Below are positions 40,296-64,000 of a DNA stretch of 64,000 nucleotides, piece after piece. The notes beneath the pieces were generated by a model. That model was not told where the DNA came from. It did not search any database and saw only the letters and a program-made list of their open reading frames with translations. The stretch lies in NCBI RefSeq assembly GCF_009914755.1, contig NC_060940.1; one strand, 5' to 3'. Origin of the DNA: the human T2T-CHM13v2.0 reference genome, Homo sapiens. Position numbers and translations under genes: made by a program. Position 1 is the first letter of the stretch, and the number at the start of each line of letters is the position of its first letter.

Positions 40296-40535
40296 TGAGC
40301 CACGCGCGCCTGCGGCCGCGACACCAGGTCCCCGAAGGCCTGCACCGCCTCAGCCTGCTGCTCCGGGACTCGGGGCAGCCGCCCCAGCAGCGCGAGCAGC
40401 CTCTGAACGTGACCGTGTGCCGCTGCGGCCAGGACGGCGTCTGCCTGCCGGGGGCCGCAGCGCTGCTGGCGGGGGGCACAGGCCTCAGCCTGGGCGCACT
40501 GGTCATCGTGCTGGCCAGCGCCCTCCTGCTGCTGG
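40296..40535 (+). CDS. CDH15: CDH15 exon 11 (EC5 end, first part of TM)
   Basis: SHARLRPR...VCRCGQDGVC...LGALVIVLASALLLL; donor G|GTGAGT. Confidence 0.97.
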
Positions 40536-40605
40536 GTGAGTGAGCGCCCCGCCTCCACCTGGACCCTCGGACCCTCGGACCCTCCTCCCCAGGCCGTCCC
40601 CTGCT

Positions 40606-41490
40606 AACCAGCCACGCCGCTTCCTCCCCAGCTCCGCCTCCTCCCTAACCCCGCCCCCTCATTACCAGCCACGCCGCTTCCTCCCCAGCTCCGCCTCCTC
40701 CCTAACCCCGCCCCGTCATTACCAGCCACGCCGCTTCCTCCCCAGCTCCGCCTCCTCCCTAACCCCGCCCCCTCATTACCAGCCACGCCGCTTCCTCCCC
40801 AGCTCCGCCTCCTCCCTAACCCCGCCCCCTCATTACCAGCCACGCCGCTTCCTCCCCAGCTCCTCCTCCTCCCTAACCCCGCCCCGTCATTACCAGCCAC
40901 GCCGCTTCCTCCCCAGCTCCGCCTCCTCCCTAACCCCGCCCCCTCATTACCAGCCACGCCTCTTCCTCCCCAGCTCCTCCTCCTCCCTAACCCCGCCCCC
41001 TCATTACCAGCCTCGCCGCTTCCTCCCCAGCTCCTCCTCCTCCCTAACCCCGCCCCCTCAGTACCAGCCACGCCCCTTCCTCCCCAGCTCCTCCTCCTCC
41101 CTAACCCCGCCCCCTCAGTACCAGCCACGCCCCTTCCTCCCCAGTTCCACCTCCTCCGCAACACCACCCACTCATTACCAGCCACGCCGCTTCCACCCAA
41201 CCCGCCCCCTGCTCGCCAACCCCGCCCCCTCATTACTAGCCACGCCCCTTCCTCCCCAGCTCCGCCTCCTCCCTAACCCCGCCCCCTCATTACCAGCCAC
41301 GCCCCTTCTCCAGCTCCGCCTCCTCCCCAACACCACCCACTCATTACCAGCCACGCCGCTTCCACCCAACCCGCCCCCTGCTCGCAAACCCCGCCCCCTC
41401 GTTGCCAGCCACGCCTCTTCCCCAAGCCGGCCTCTCCTTACCAGCCAAGCTCCCTCCTCCACAACCCGGTCCCCTCCTCCCTAACCTCGC
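40606..41490. repeat. CDH15 intron 11 C-rich VNTR, 57-bp unit (about 9 clean copies plus a degenerate tail)
   Basis: taccagccacgccgcttcctccccagctccgcctcctccctaaccccgccccctcat at 40663, 40720, and onward. Confidence 0.95.
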
Positions 41491-41675
41491 GGCTTCCTCC
41501 CCAACCCCGGCTCCTCCATGCCAGACACGCCCTTTCCCCAAGCTCCGCCCCCTCAACCCCACCCCTGCTTACCAGCCTTGCCCCGCCCCGCCCCCTCCTC
41601 CCACCTCCTTCGCAGCCCGGCCCCCTGAAGTCGCGCCCTGTGCCTGGCCCCAGCCTGCGTCCCCTCATTCCCCAG

Positions 41676-41812
41676 TGCTGGTCCTGCTCGTGGCACTCCG
41701 GGCGCGGTTCTGGAAGCAGTCTCGGGGCAAGGGGCTGCTGCACGGCCCCCAGGACGACCTTCGAGACAATGTCCTCAACTACGATGAGCAGGGAGGCGGG
41801 GAGGAGGACCAG
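41676..41812 (+). CDS. CDH15: CDH15 exon 12 (TM end, p120-binding juxtamembrane)
   Basis: LVLLVALRARFW...YDEQGGGEEDQ. Confidence 0.97.
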
Positions 41813-41960
41813 GTGAGGGGGCAGGTGTGGGTGGGGAGGGGTCCCCAAGGAACCCAGGTCGCGGGCCTTCTTACAACAAGCTGGCCAGGAGCCTGTACCT
41901 GAGACCTCCACCAGGGCCACCCGAGGGATGCCTGGCTCTGTTCCACCTCCTCGCCCACAG

Positions 41961-42119
41961 GACGCCTACGACATCAGCCAGCTGCGTCACCCGACAGCGC
42001 TGAGCCTGCCTCTGGGACCGCCGCCACTTCGCAGAGATGCCCCGCAGGGCCGCCTGCACCCCCAGCCACCCCGAGTGCTGCCCACCAGCCCCCTGGACAT
42101 CGCCGACTTCATCAATGAT
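41961..42119 (+). CDS. CDH15: CDH15 exon 13
   Basis: DAYDISQL...DIADFIND; donor GAT|GTAGGT. Confidence 0.96.
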
Positions 42120-43067
42120 GTAGGTGCTCCTGGGGACACCCCAGTACACACAGGCACGCACAGGTGCACACACACATGCACATGTACACACCTGCACATG
42201 CATGCAAGAACCGGCGCCTGCATGCACTTATGGGCCGTCCCAGAGCACCGCAGAGGAAGATGGTGTGCGGGCGGGAGTGTGGAAGCCCCGCTGCCACCGT
42301 CCAAACTGGGCCCTCAGCCTCCACCCGCGACGCGGGTCTTTGCACAGATGGAGTGGCGATAGCCACAGACCCATCCACTGCCCCGTGTCCACCATGGAGG
42401 GGGTGGGGGAGCCCCGGGAGCATCCCCTGGGCTTCGGTGGCTGTCAGCGGAATCAGGGCCTCCATAGAAGACCCTCTGGACACAGCGTTAATGATTCCCT
42501 GCCATCCACAGGATGAATGTGCACACGGGGAATCTGGGGTGTGGGGCGCACAGGGAACCCTCCTCTGTGCCTGTCTGCACCTGTAGCACCTGGCTCAGAG
42601 AAAGCCCCCAGCCAAGGTGTACACCCCCGGTTAGGAGCGTGTGTCCCCACGAGCTGAGAGGACAGACATGCAGACAGAGCCTCCGAAAGGCAGACGGGCC
42701 GTTCTGCGGATGGGGGTGTCCAGGAGGCTCGGGTTCTGCCTTGAGTGGACAAGGGCCACGGGGAGGAAGAGACCAGGGTGAGGGGGAGCAACCCCTTCCC
42801 ACCTTGCTGGGGCAGGGCAGAGCCCCGGGGGACGGGCTGGCCGCTGGCCTAATACTGAGGAAGGGGGTAGTCCGTGGCACCCTCTTCACAACCCTGCTGC
42901 TGTGCCCTCAGGACGCTTTGCCTCCCCTCAGACCTCGCCCCCGGACGTGGGCAGCTTCCCCTTCCTGAGCCCGTGCCTTGAGCTGACTTTGCCCTGGGCT
43001 GTGGCCACGGCGGTGGGGCACCCGCTGGCCCCTCCATGTGTCTTGAGCTCTCCGGGCCTCTTTATAG

Positions 43068-43361
43068 GGCTTGGAGGCTGCAGATAGTGACCCCAGTGTG
43101 CCGCCTTACGACACAGCCCTCATCTATGACTACGAGGGTGACGGCTCGGTGGCGGGGACGCTGAGCTCCATCCTGTCCAGCCAGGGCGATGAGGACCAGG
43201 ACTACGACTACCTCAGAGACTGGGGGCCCCGCTTCGCCCGGCTGGCAGACATGTATGGGCACCCGTGCGGGTTGGAGTACGGGGCCAGATGGGACCACCA
43301 GGCCAGGGAGGGTCTTTCTCCTGGGGCACTGCTACCCAGACACAGAGGCCGGACAGCCTGA
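43068..43361 (+). CDS. CDH15: CDH15 exon 14 (beta-catenin-binding tail, stop)
   Basis: [27 protein letters not shown]...[18 protein letters not shown]...RGRTA*. Confidence 0.97.
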   Translation, partial: GLEAADSDPSVPPYDTALIYDYEGDGSVAGTLSSILSSQGDEDQDYDYLRDWGPRFARLADMYGHPCGLEYGARWDHQAREGLSPGALLPRHRGRTA

Positions 43362-43668
43362 CCCTGGGGCGCAACTGGACATGCCACTCCCCGGCCTCGT
43401 GGCAGTGATGGCCCCTGCAGAGGCAGCCTGAGGTCACCGGGCCCGACCCCCCTGGGCCTGGGGCAGCCTCCTTCCTGTAGGCGAGGGCCCAAGTCTGGGG
43501 GCAGAACCTGAGTGTGGATGGGGCGGCCAGGAAGAGGCCCCTTCCTGCCGGGGTGGGAAGAGTTTCTCTCCATCGGCCCCATGCGGGTCACCTCCCTAGT
43601 CCCACCTTTGCCTCCTACCAGTGAACCTCATCTTTGTATGAAAGACAGCAACCTCCTGGGTAAATCTG

Positions 43669-43674
43669 AATGAA
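43669..43674 (+). terminator. CDH15: Candidate non-canonical CDH15 poly(A) signal AATGAA
   Basis: Only PAS-like hexamer seen between the CDH15 stop and SLC22A31; TGTA lies about 35 nt upstream. Confidence 0.5.
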
Positions 43675-43979
43675 AAACGTGCTAGTCTCTTTCATGCAGG
43701 ACGGGCGCCCACTGCCACACTGACCATGAGGGGGATGGGGCCAGTGAGGCCTGGCCTGGCAGGGACCTGAGGGCCAGGCCCCCATACCACCCTGCTTGGC
43801 TGGGGCAGGAGGCGGCCGGGGGCTGCCACTACCTGGACAGGGGCTATGGAGCAGCCGCTGACACCCTGGCTCCTTGCTGGTGAGCCCAGAGGTGGGGAGC
43901 AGGCACAGGTGAGACCCTTCCAGGCCCCAGGTGTGGCCTGAGGGAAGAACCAGGGAGGACGCCAAGTTCCACAGAAGCC

Positions 43980-43985
43980 TTTATC
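43980..43985 (-). terminator. SLC22A31: Candidate non-canonical SLC22A31 poly(A) signal GATAAA
   Basis: TTTATC on the + strand, about 220 nt past the stop. Confidence 0.45.
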
Positions 43986-44204
43986 CTCCACACCTACTGG
44001 GTGTGGCTGGGGGGAGACCCAGGGCCTCCCAGTGCCTGGGGCCTGGCTGGAGACACCTTCACGCTGTCCCCACGGCTCCACCTGCACTGAGACACGGGCT
44101 TCTGAGAGGAATGTGTCTGCCCTGGACCAGACGTCTGGGGTACTCAGCCATGCCCCAGGCCTTGACTTTGGTCCCATCCTGGCTCCCAGGGCCACCAGGC
44201 AGGA

Positions 44205-45147
<943 letters not shown>

Positions 45148-45421
45148 TCATCTCTGCCCCCACCCCGCACCCCTGGCTTCAGGCCTGCGTGGCCTTCCCT
45201 CCCCTTCCCAGTTCCTGAGCCGTCTGCCCAGAGCCTTCTGTGAGCAGTGGCCCCCACCATCCAGGAGCAGGGCAGTGCTTTGCCCCGAGTCCTTACTGGA
45301 TGGAGGAATCACAGGCAGGAACCTGGGTGGGGTATGGGGACAGGGCCTCCTGTCCACCTGGCCCCTCCTCCCCATGAGAGGCCCTGGACCCTGCTGTGTG
45401 GCCGGGCAACCCTGAAGCTCA

Positions 45422-45592
<171 letters not shown>

Positions 45593-46064
45593 TCAGGGCC
45601 CTTCCCCAGAGAACCACACCACTGTCTGGGGACCCACTTTCCAAGCCTCCTTTTCCAGCCCCCCTGAGAAACCTGGAGGGGGAACCTGTCCTCTGCAGCC
45701 TGATTCCAGCCTGGCTTGGATTCTAAGGATGTTAGAATCCTGACCCCGAGCCGCAGCCACACTGACCACCTCCACTCGGGCCCACACTCAGCTACTGCTG
45801 TGCTGTCCACTGTCTTTGCAATTTCGAGAACCGTCCTAAAATCTCGAATACGTTGGAAGCAAGGCCTGCATTTCATTTTGCACCTAGCTCCACACACCAT
45901 GTGGCTGGCCCTGAGTATATGGGCCCTCCCACACCAGTCCATGGCCGGCCTCGGCCACCTGGAACTCTGGGCAGAGCTTTTACCCAGCCCGGCCTCTTGA
46001 CCTCTCATGCCTGTGCTGCACTCTGTGGCTGGGGCAGGTGTTTTAGGCTCAGACAGTTTCCTTA

Positions 46065-46562
<498 letters not shown>

Positions 46563-46565
46563 TCA

Positions 46566-47095
<530 letters not shown>

Positions 47096-47146
47096 CTACA
47101 TAGTCAGCCCCGATGAGGGCTGCTGGCCCAGCTCCCACCACACTTA

Positions 47147-47769
<623 letters not shown>

Positions 47770-47836
47770 CTAGCTGAACCCTGAGAGTGGGCGGAGGGGA
47801 GGGCTGCTGGGCAGCAGGAAAAGGGAAGGGGCCTCA

Positions 47837-47941
<105 letters not shown>

Positions 47942-49006
47942 CTATGGGGAACAGCAGCCACGTGGAGGCCAGCTCAGGACCCTCCCCTGGGGACAGGTGC
48001 AGGGAGTCCCAGAATGGCTACTGGAAGGGGCCCTCCATGTCCTGCTCAATCCCTCCGTGGAGAGAAGGGGAAACTGAGGCATGAGAGGGCAAGGGGCTTG
48101 GTCCAGGTCACACAGCAGCCTCTCTGGTCTCCGGCAGCCCCTGCACAGGGGTCGGGGGGATCTGCCCACCCTAAGTTTTCTGCTTGTCCCTAGATAGGGC
48201 CTCCCCCACCTCCGCACACCATTGCTCTTCCCCCACGGCCAGCTCTTGTCCGACCTGTTTCCACCTCCTATTCCGAGGGACCCCGGGGACACCCAGGGCC
48301 TTGGTGGCGTCATAGACACAGCCCCCACCCCAGCCGGCCAAGGGTCATAGCCATGACACAGGCCTAAGAAATGAACCCCAGCACCTGCGCTGGTACCCAC
48401 GCCCTCCCTGCCCTGCCCATTTCAAGAGGGACTCGGGCAGCGGCTGGAGAGCTGTGCTCAGCGGCATTTCCCGGTGAGGCCCTTGACCCTTGACCTCAGC
48501 TCTGCGCCTCCCCCCACCCCTTCCGGTTCCTGGGTCTTCTTGGCAAGCTTAATCTACTGCTGGGGGCCGTGCTATGCCCGAGATTTTACTTTCAAACCTG
48601 ACGTTTTGGGAAAGCTGATGGGGCATTCCTGGATCCAGGCACCAAACAGGAGGAGGGCAGGTGGGAGGTGGGAGGGAGCAGGGTGGAGAGAGAAGCCCGG
48701 CGGGTTCCAGGGCCCCAGGCAGCCCTTGTGAAGATGTGGCAACCCCGTTCCAGTTTCCACACTGGGGCCAGTCCTCCCAGGATGGGGGATGGGGGCCTCG
48801 GGGTAAAGGCTGACTCAGGGGTGTGCAGGTCTCAGCCCCAGCGCGGAAAGGCATGAAAGGGGCCTGGAGGTCCCTGCCGCCCGCCTCCCCATCTCTTCTC
48901 ACGCAGATCGTCAAGGTTTCCCTTCAGGCAATGCAGTCTCTAGCCCAGCCTCTGCGCACCTCACTGATGGGAAGCCCACCTTCCCCAGTCTGTGCTGACC
49001 ACGTCA

Positions 49007-50900
<1,894 letters not shown>

Positions 50901-51227
50901 CCCGCGTTCCTTTTCAGGAGTGAATAATATTCCGTGGATGGAGCCCACACGTTTCTCTCTTCCTCTGTTGATGGACAGTGGGTTGTTTCCACTTTTTGCC
51001 TTTTGCGTCCAGTGACACGATGAACATTTTCGTACAAGTATTTGGGTGCCTGTTTCCATTTATCTTTGGTGTATACCTAGGCATGAATAGCTGGGCCTTA
51101 GGGTGTGAACTGTTTGTGAAACCGCAGAACGGTTTTCCGCAGCGGCGGTTCGATTTCACCACCAGCAATACAGAAGGGTGCTCGTTCCCCGACATCCTTG
51201 CCAACACCCATGTTCCGGTTTGTTTCA

Positions 51228-57172
<5,945 letters not shown>

Positions 57173-57175
57173 ATA

Positions 57176-57770
57176 ACCTCTTTAATTTGTGTGTCATTAA
57201 ATATGGGTAAATACAGCTGCCAGCAGCCTCCAAGTGGCTGCTCTGGGTGCCCTGCCTGTTGATTGGACTTGCTCTGCAAGGAGCAGCCACTCTCTGTACA
57301 TGGAGCAGCCACTCTCTGTGCATGGAGCAGCCACTCTCTGTACATGGAGCAGCCACTCTCTGTGCATGGAGCAGCCACTCTCTGTACATGGAGCAGCCAC
57401 TCTCTGTACATGGAGCAGCCACTCTCTGTGCATGGAGCAGCCACTCTCTGTGCATGGAGCAGCCACTCTCTGTGCATGGAGCAGCCACTCTCTGTGCATG
57501 GAGCAGCCACTCTCTGTGCATGGAGCAGCCACTCTCTGTGCATGGAGCAGCCACTCTCTGTGCATGGAGCAGCCACTCTCTGTGCATGGAGCAGCCACTC
57601 TCTGTGCATGGAGCAGCCACTCTCTGTGCATGGAGCAGCCACTCTCTGTGCATGGCTGCTCAGTAAAGCCGCCTCTTCCACCGCTGCCTCGCCCTCGCAT
57701 ACTTTCTGGGGTGAAGTCAAGGACCCTCCTGGGCCAAGCTGCAATTTTGGGGCTCAGCTGCCCTACATCA
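57176..57770 (+). mobile_element. ERV1-class LTR (MER61-like), 5' part lost, containing a 22-bp VNTR
   Basis: Ends ggggtgaagtcaaggaccctcctgggccaagc...ttttggggctcagctgccctacatCA, followed by a PBS-like TGGCGGCCACAAAGGGAT at 57774. Subfamily name is from memory. Confidence 0.7.
57281..57654. repeat. 22-bp VNTR x17 (gagcagccactctctgt(g/a)catg)
   Basis: Direct reading. Confidence 0.97.
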
Positions 57771-58269
57771 CCTTGGCGGCCACAAAGGGATGAAGAGAAG
57801 ACAGTGAGAGGCAGAGAGGCGGTGATTGGCAGGGCAGCAAATGACGCAAGGTGGCGGGTCAGTGAGAGACAGTGACCAGTGCCATGGCCATCAAAGCTGC
57901 AAATATCACGGCTGGGACAGTGGAACGCTGTGACACTGCAGACCTGTGACACTAGCCACAGGCTCTTTCAGGGGCCATCGTCTTTCCTGACAGGTGGCGG
58001 AGCCAAGTGGACAGGCAAGTAGCCACAGCACCACCTCGTGTGAGACCCACTGCTCCGATCGGCTGGTTGCAGAACCACACGCTGCTCCCCTCCTAATGGC
58101 TGAACCCCTCCAAACCAGGGAGACCTGGGGGAGACCGGGCAGTGCCATTTTGGCTCCTGTGGACAGGTAAGTGTCCCTGCTGTGTGTTCTGCCAATATTG
58201 GGTGAGCCAGGATCACCCCCGCCCTTCCTTATTTGCTGCTCTGAGATCCCCTTCCCTGCCTCACCCTGT

Positions 58270-59116
58270 ATTCCACACCCATTAGAGCAAACAAAGTTTA
58301 GCCAGGTAGAGAGGTCCCAATTTTGTAAATAACTTGGATCCAGCTCTCTTATTTAGGTTGCTTTGCTTATGTGATGTGTGTTATGTCTAGCATGCTATCA
58401 GATTGGCTGATAAATAAAAGGGCACCCATAAACTAAACAAATGAACGAAAGAAATAAGACCACACACCCAAAGAAGATCAAGTACCATGGCCACATGCCA
58501 TGGCGATGAGCGAAAGTGACCTTACATGGTTCTGGAAACTCCAGAAACTCTAGAAAGTTCTAAAAAGTCCCTTAATTTGCATATAATTAAAAGTGGGTGT
58601 AAATACAGCTGCTGGCCAGGTGCGGTGGCTCACACCTGTAATCCTAGCACTTTGGGAGGCTGAGGCGTGTGGGTCACTTGAGGTCAGGAGCTCGAGACCA
58701 GCTCAAGCAACATGGCAAAACCCCATTTCTACTATAAATACAAAAATTAGCCAGGCGTGGTGGTGGGCACCTGTAATCCCAGCTGCTCAGGAGGCTGACA
58801 CAGGGGAATCACTTCAACCCAGGAGGCGGAGGTTACAGTGAGCCAAGATCATACCACTGCATTCCAGCCTGGGTGACAGAGCAAGACTGTCTCAAAAAAA
58901 TAAATAAATACAGCTGTCAATAGCCCATCTACAGTTACTCTGCGTGCATTGCCTGTGGGGTAGCCGTGCTTTGCAAGGAGCAGCCACTTTCCATACATGG
59001 CTGCCTCTGTAACCCTGCCTTCTCCTGCCCCAGGCTCACCCTTACATTCTTTCCTGGGTGAAGCCAAGAACTCTCCTGGGCCAAGCCCGAATTTGGGGCT
59101 CACCTGCCCTGCATCA
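58270..59116 (+). mobile_element. Second related ERV1 LTR, interrupted by an AluS (58614-58904; TSD TAAATACAGCTG at 58600 and 58905)
   Basis: Homologous to 57176-57770; ends gggtgaagccaagaactctcctgggccaagcc...ttggggctcacctgccctgcatCA. 5' boundary approximate. Confidence 0.7.
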
Positions 59117-59914
59117 TCTTGGCAGAGCTTCAAAATTTGGTATTTTCCCAGTTCTCCTTGCTGCTGTTTACTTCTCAGTCTTCAGTGACCTTTTCCATAC
59201 ATTCTGTCCAGGTTTGGTGTTGTATTCAGCGGGAGAGATGAGCGAAGTATACTCGCTTGCCCTCACCTGGAACGCATTACTGAGGCCCTTCACTGTGGTT
59301 GTGACTCACACACAAGCTGCAGTTTGGGGCCAGGCTGCCATCTGTCACTCTGTTATGCTGAGTATCAGCAGAGCCTCCAAGGACTCCCTCCACCCTGTCT
59401 TGAGAGCCCTCAGCTAAACTGGGTTCCAGTGACAGGCAGCTGGCAGCCCTGCGCTCATGGGAAACAAAGGGGCTGGACATGGCGTTTGCCATGCACCTGT
59501 GACGGGATGCAGCTTTTACACGGTGGAAGGCCCAATGCCTCATTGTCCAACCTGCGATCTGGGGTCCATCCCATGGGGAATCTGCTCATGCTGACAGATG
59601 CCCCGTGGCTCTTGTCTGACCTGTGTCCAGCTTGTGCCTGCCTGACCATGGCTCTGGCACTGGGAGTCCGCCCTTGTATCCCCCCTGCTGCCCCAGGTCT
59701 CCAGGAAAACGCAGACTGGGCACCCCCTGGCCCTTCCTGTGGAAGGCGCAAATTCAACTGCTACAATAGGAAACACGTTTAAAGATTTATTACCTACAGA
59801 CCGTGGGCAGGGTGGAGTCCAGGAGTGGAAAGGTTAGTCCTCTGTCCCTAGGTCCCATGAGGGAAGAGTGGGGCAGAGAGAGCTGCAGGGGAGGGGAGCA
59901 GGGTGAGGGAGTGT

Positions 59915-61342
<1,428 letters not shown>

Positions 61343-61759
61343 TGTAGTTTACATTTTCACTTAATAATGTATCTTGGAAATCACTCCATAGGAGCTCATA
61401 GAGACCTTCATCTCCATAGCTGCGTAGCACTCCACTGCTGGAGGCACCATGCTACACTCAGCTACCCGACTGCTTGACTGCAATTGGTCATCTAAGGCAT
61501 TTTTGAATTGTTAAGAGATTTGCCTTCAGGGAAAATGTTGAGAAGTAGGATTGCTGGATTGCACCTGTAGTTTTGTTGGATGTTGCCAAATTCTTCTCTG
61601 TTCCAGGAGGATGATGTGCCCCAGTGATTCCTGCTTCCTGAGATTTATACCTCTGTGTAGTCCTCTCATATCATAGTAGGGTTGGTCTCTGTGACCAGCA
61701 GAATATGACAGAAGTGAGGTTAAAGTACTTCCAAAATTAGCTTTAAAATACCACGCACA

Positions 61760-62592
<833 letters not shown>

Positions 62593-62649
62593 CTATGACA
62601 CAAACACACACATACACACACACACGATTATTTAGCCTTTTTTTTTTAA

Positions 62650-63890
62650 AAAAAAGAAAGGAAATCCTATGTAACCTCACATGGAATCCAAACAAGCTGA
62701 ACTCCTAGAAGCAGAGAGTACAATGTTGCGTGCCAGAGGATGGGGTTGGTGGAAGGAATGGGGAGATGTTGGTCAAATGGTACAAACTTTAAGTTAAAGG
62801 ATGAGTAAGATCTGGGATGTAATGTATAGCATGGAGATTTTAGTTAATAATACTATATTGTATGATGATTGGAATTTGCTAAGATAGTAGATCTTAACTA
62901 TTTTCACCACACACTCAAAAGAAGGCGCCTAGCTGAGGGGATGGATGTGTAGATCTGTTTGATCATGGTCATTTCACAGTGTGTGCATATATCAAATCAT
63001 CACATTGCACATCTTAAGTATATATGATTTTTTTAAATCTGTCAGTTGTACCTCAATAGAGCCTGGGGGAGAAATGGTGCTGGAGAAAACTGGATATCTA
63101 CATGCAGAACAGTGGAGCTGGACCCTTACTTTATACCACATATAAAAATTAATTCAAAATGAATCAAAAACCTAAATGTAAGCGCTAATGTATAAAACTC
63201 TTAGAAGAAAACATAGAGAAAAAACTTCATGGCACTGGAATTGGAAATGATTTCTTGGTTATGAAATCACCCACACAGGCAACTGAAGAAAACTAGATGA
63301 ATTGGACTACATCAATATTACAAATTTTGTGCATCCAAGGACAATCATGAGAGTGAAAAGGAAACCCACAGAATGGGAGGAAATATTTGCAAATCATGTG
63401 TTTGCTTAAGGATTAATATTCAGTTTATTAAGAACTCCTATAACTCAAGAATAACAACAAAACCAATTTAATTCAGAAAAGGACTTATAATAAAGAAGAT
63501 AACAGATGGCCAATAAGAACATGAAAAGATGATCAACATAACTAAACATTAGGGAAATGAAAACAAAAGCCACAGTGAGATCACATTACCCCGGTGGTGA
63601 TGGCTCTTAGCCATTAAATAGGAGGTAACTGTTGGCTGGATGTGGTAAAGTTGGAACCTTGTGCACCTGCTCATGGGAATACAAAATGGTGCAGCAGCTC
63701 TGGAAAACAGGACAGTGGTTTCTCAAAACATCAGACAGAATTATCATGTGACCCAGCCATTCCACTTTTGCATATATATCCAAAAGTGCTGAGAACAAGG
63801 GTCCAGGATATTTTTGCACACGATGCTCAAAGCAACATTATTCACAATAGCCTGCTGGTGCCAAAGTCAAATTTTAATACATTCAGTTAC
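62650..63890 (+). mobile_element. Old L1M fragments (3' UTR piece, then ORF2 3' end)
   Basis: gaagcagagagta...ggggagatgttggtcaa; tggacccttac.ttataccacatataaaaattaattcaaaatgaatcaaa; gacccagccattccactt. Confidence 0.85.
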
Positions 63891-63899
63891 TTAAAACAT

Positions 63900-64000
63900 A
63901 TCCGTGCGGTGGCTCACGCCTGTAATCTCAGCAGTCTGGGAGGCTGAGGCAGGAGGATCACGAGGTCAAGAGATAGATACCATCCTGGCTAACATGGTGA
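63900..64000 (+). mobile_element. Alu left arm, cut by the window end
   Basis: gtggctcacgcctgtaatctcagca...gaggtcaagagat. Confidence 0.85.

Noticed and set aside
40540-41484. 314-aa Pro/Ser-rich ORF and telomere-like CCCTAACCC in the intron 11 VNTR
   Set aside because: The 57-bp unit is divisible by 3, so the frame stays open trivially. There is only one TTAGGG per unit, so it is not an interstitial telomeric array.
58530-58565. HSE-like TTC/GAA run in the second LTR
   Set aside because: Phase is broken and the pentamers are imperfect, unlike the 9327-9512 array.

Overview
Human-type (primate, Alu-rich, very GC-rich) genomic DNA that I recognise from its proteins as the ACSF3 - CDH15 - SLC22A31 interval of 16q24.3. 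It contains the last coding exon and 3' UTR of ACSF3 (+), about 15 kb of intergenic/lncRNA-type sequence, the complete 14-exon CDH15 (M-cadherin) gene (+, 814 codons) and the complete 9-exon SLC22A31 gene (-, open 572-codon model) converging on CDH15. Beyond that are a CpG island and about 13 kb of L1, Alu and ERV1-LTR debris. All exon junctions were read by hand and are GT-AG and phase-consistent. The window is unusually rich in minisatellites, and several are arrays of recognisable protein-binding motifs: six perfect heat-shock elements at a 31-bp period, a CDH15 promoter built from a repeated E-box + PBX/MEIS(PREP) + GC-box module, a CAGATG E-box array beside the exon 7 donor, and a 57-bp VNTR with a PRDM9-type 13-mer in each unit. 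Also notable are an in-frame duplicated 3' splice site in SLC22A31 and an old L1 end rewritten into CpG-island-like sequence. Almost all long ORFs in the supplied track are repeat or GC artefacts. All functional interpretations are untested inferences, and comparisons with reference annotation are from memory.
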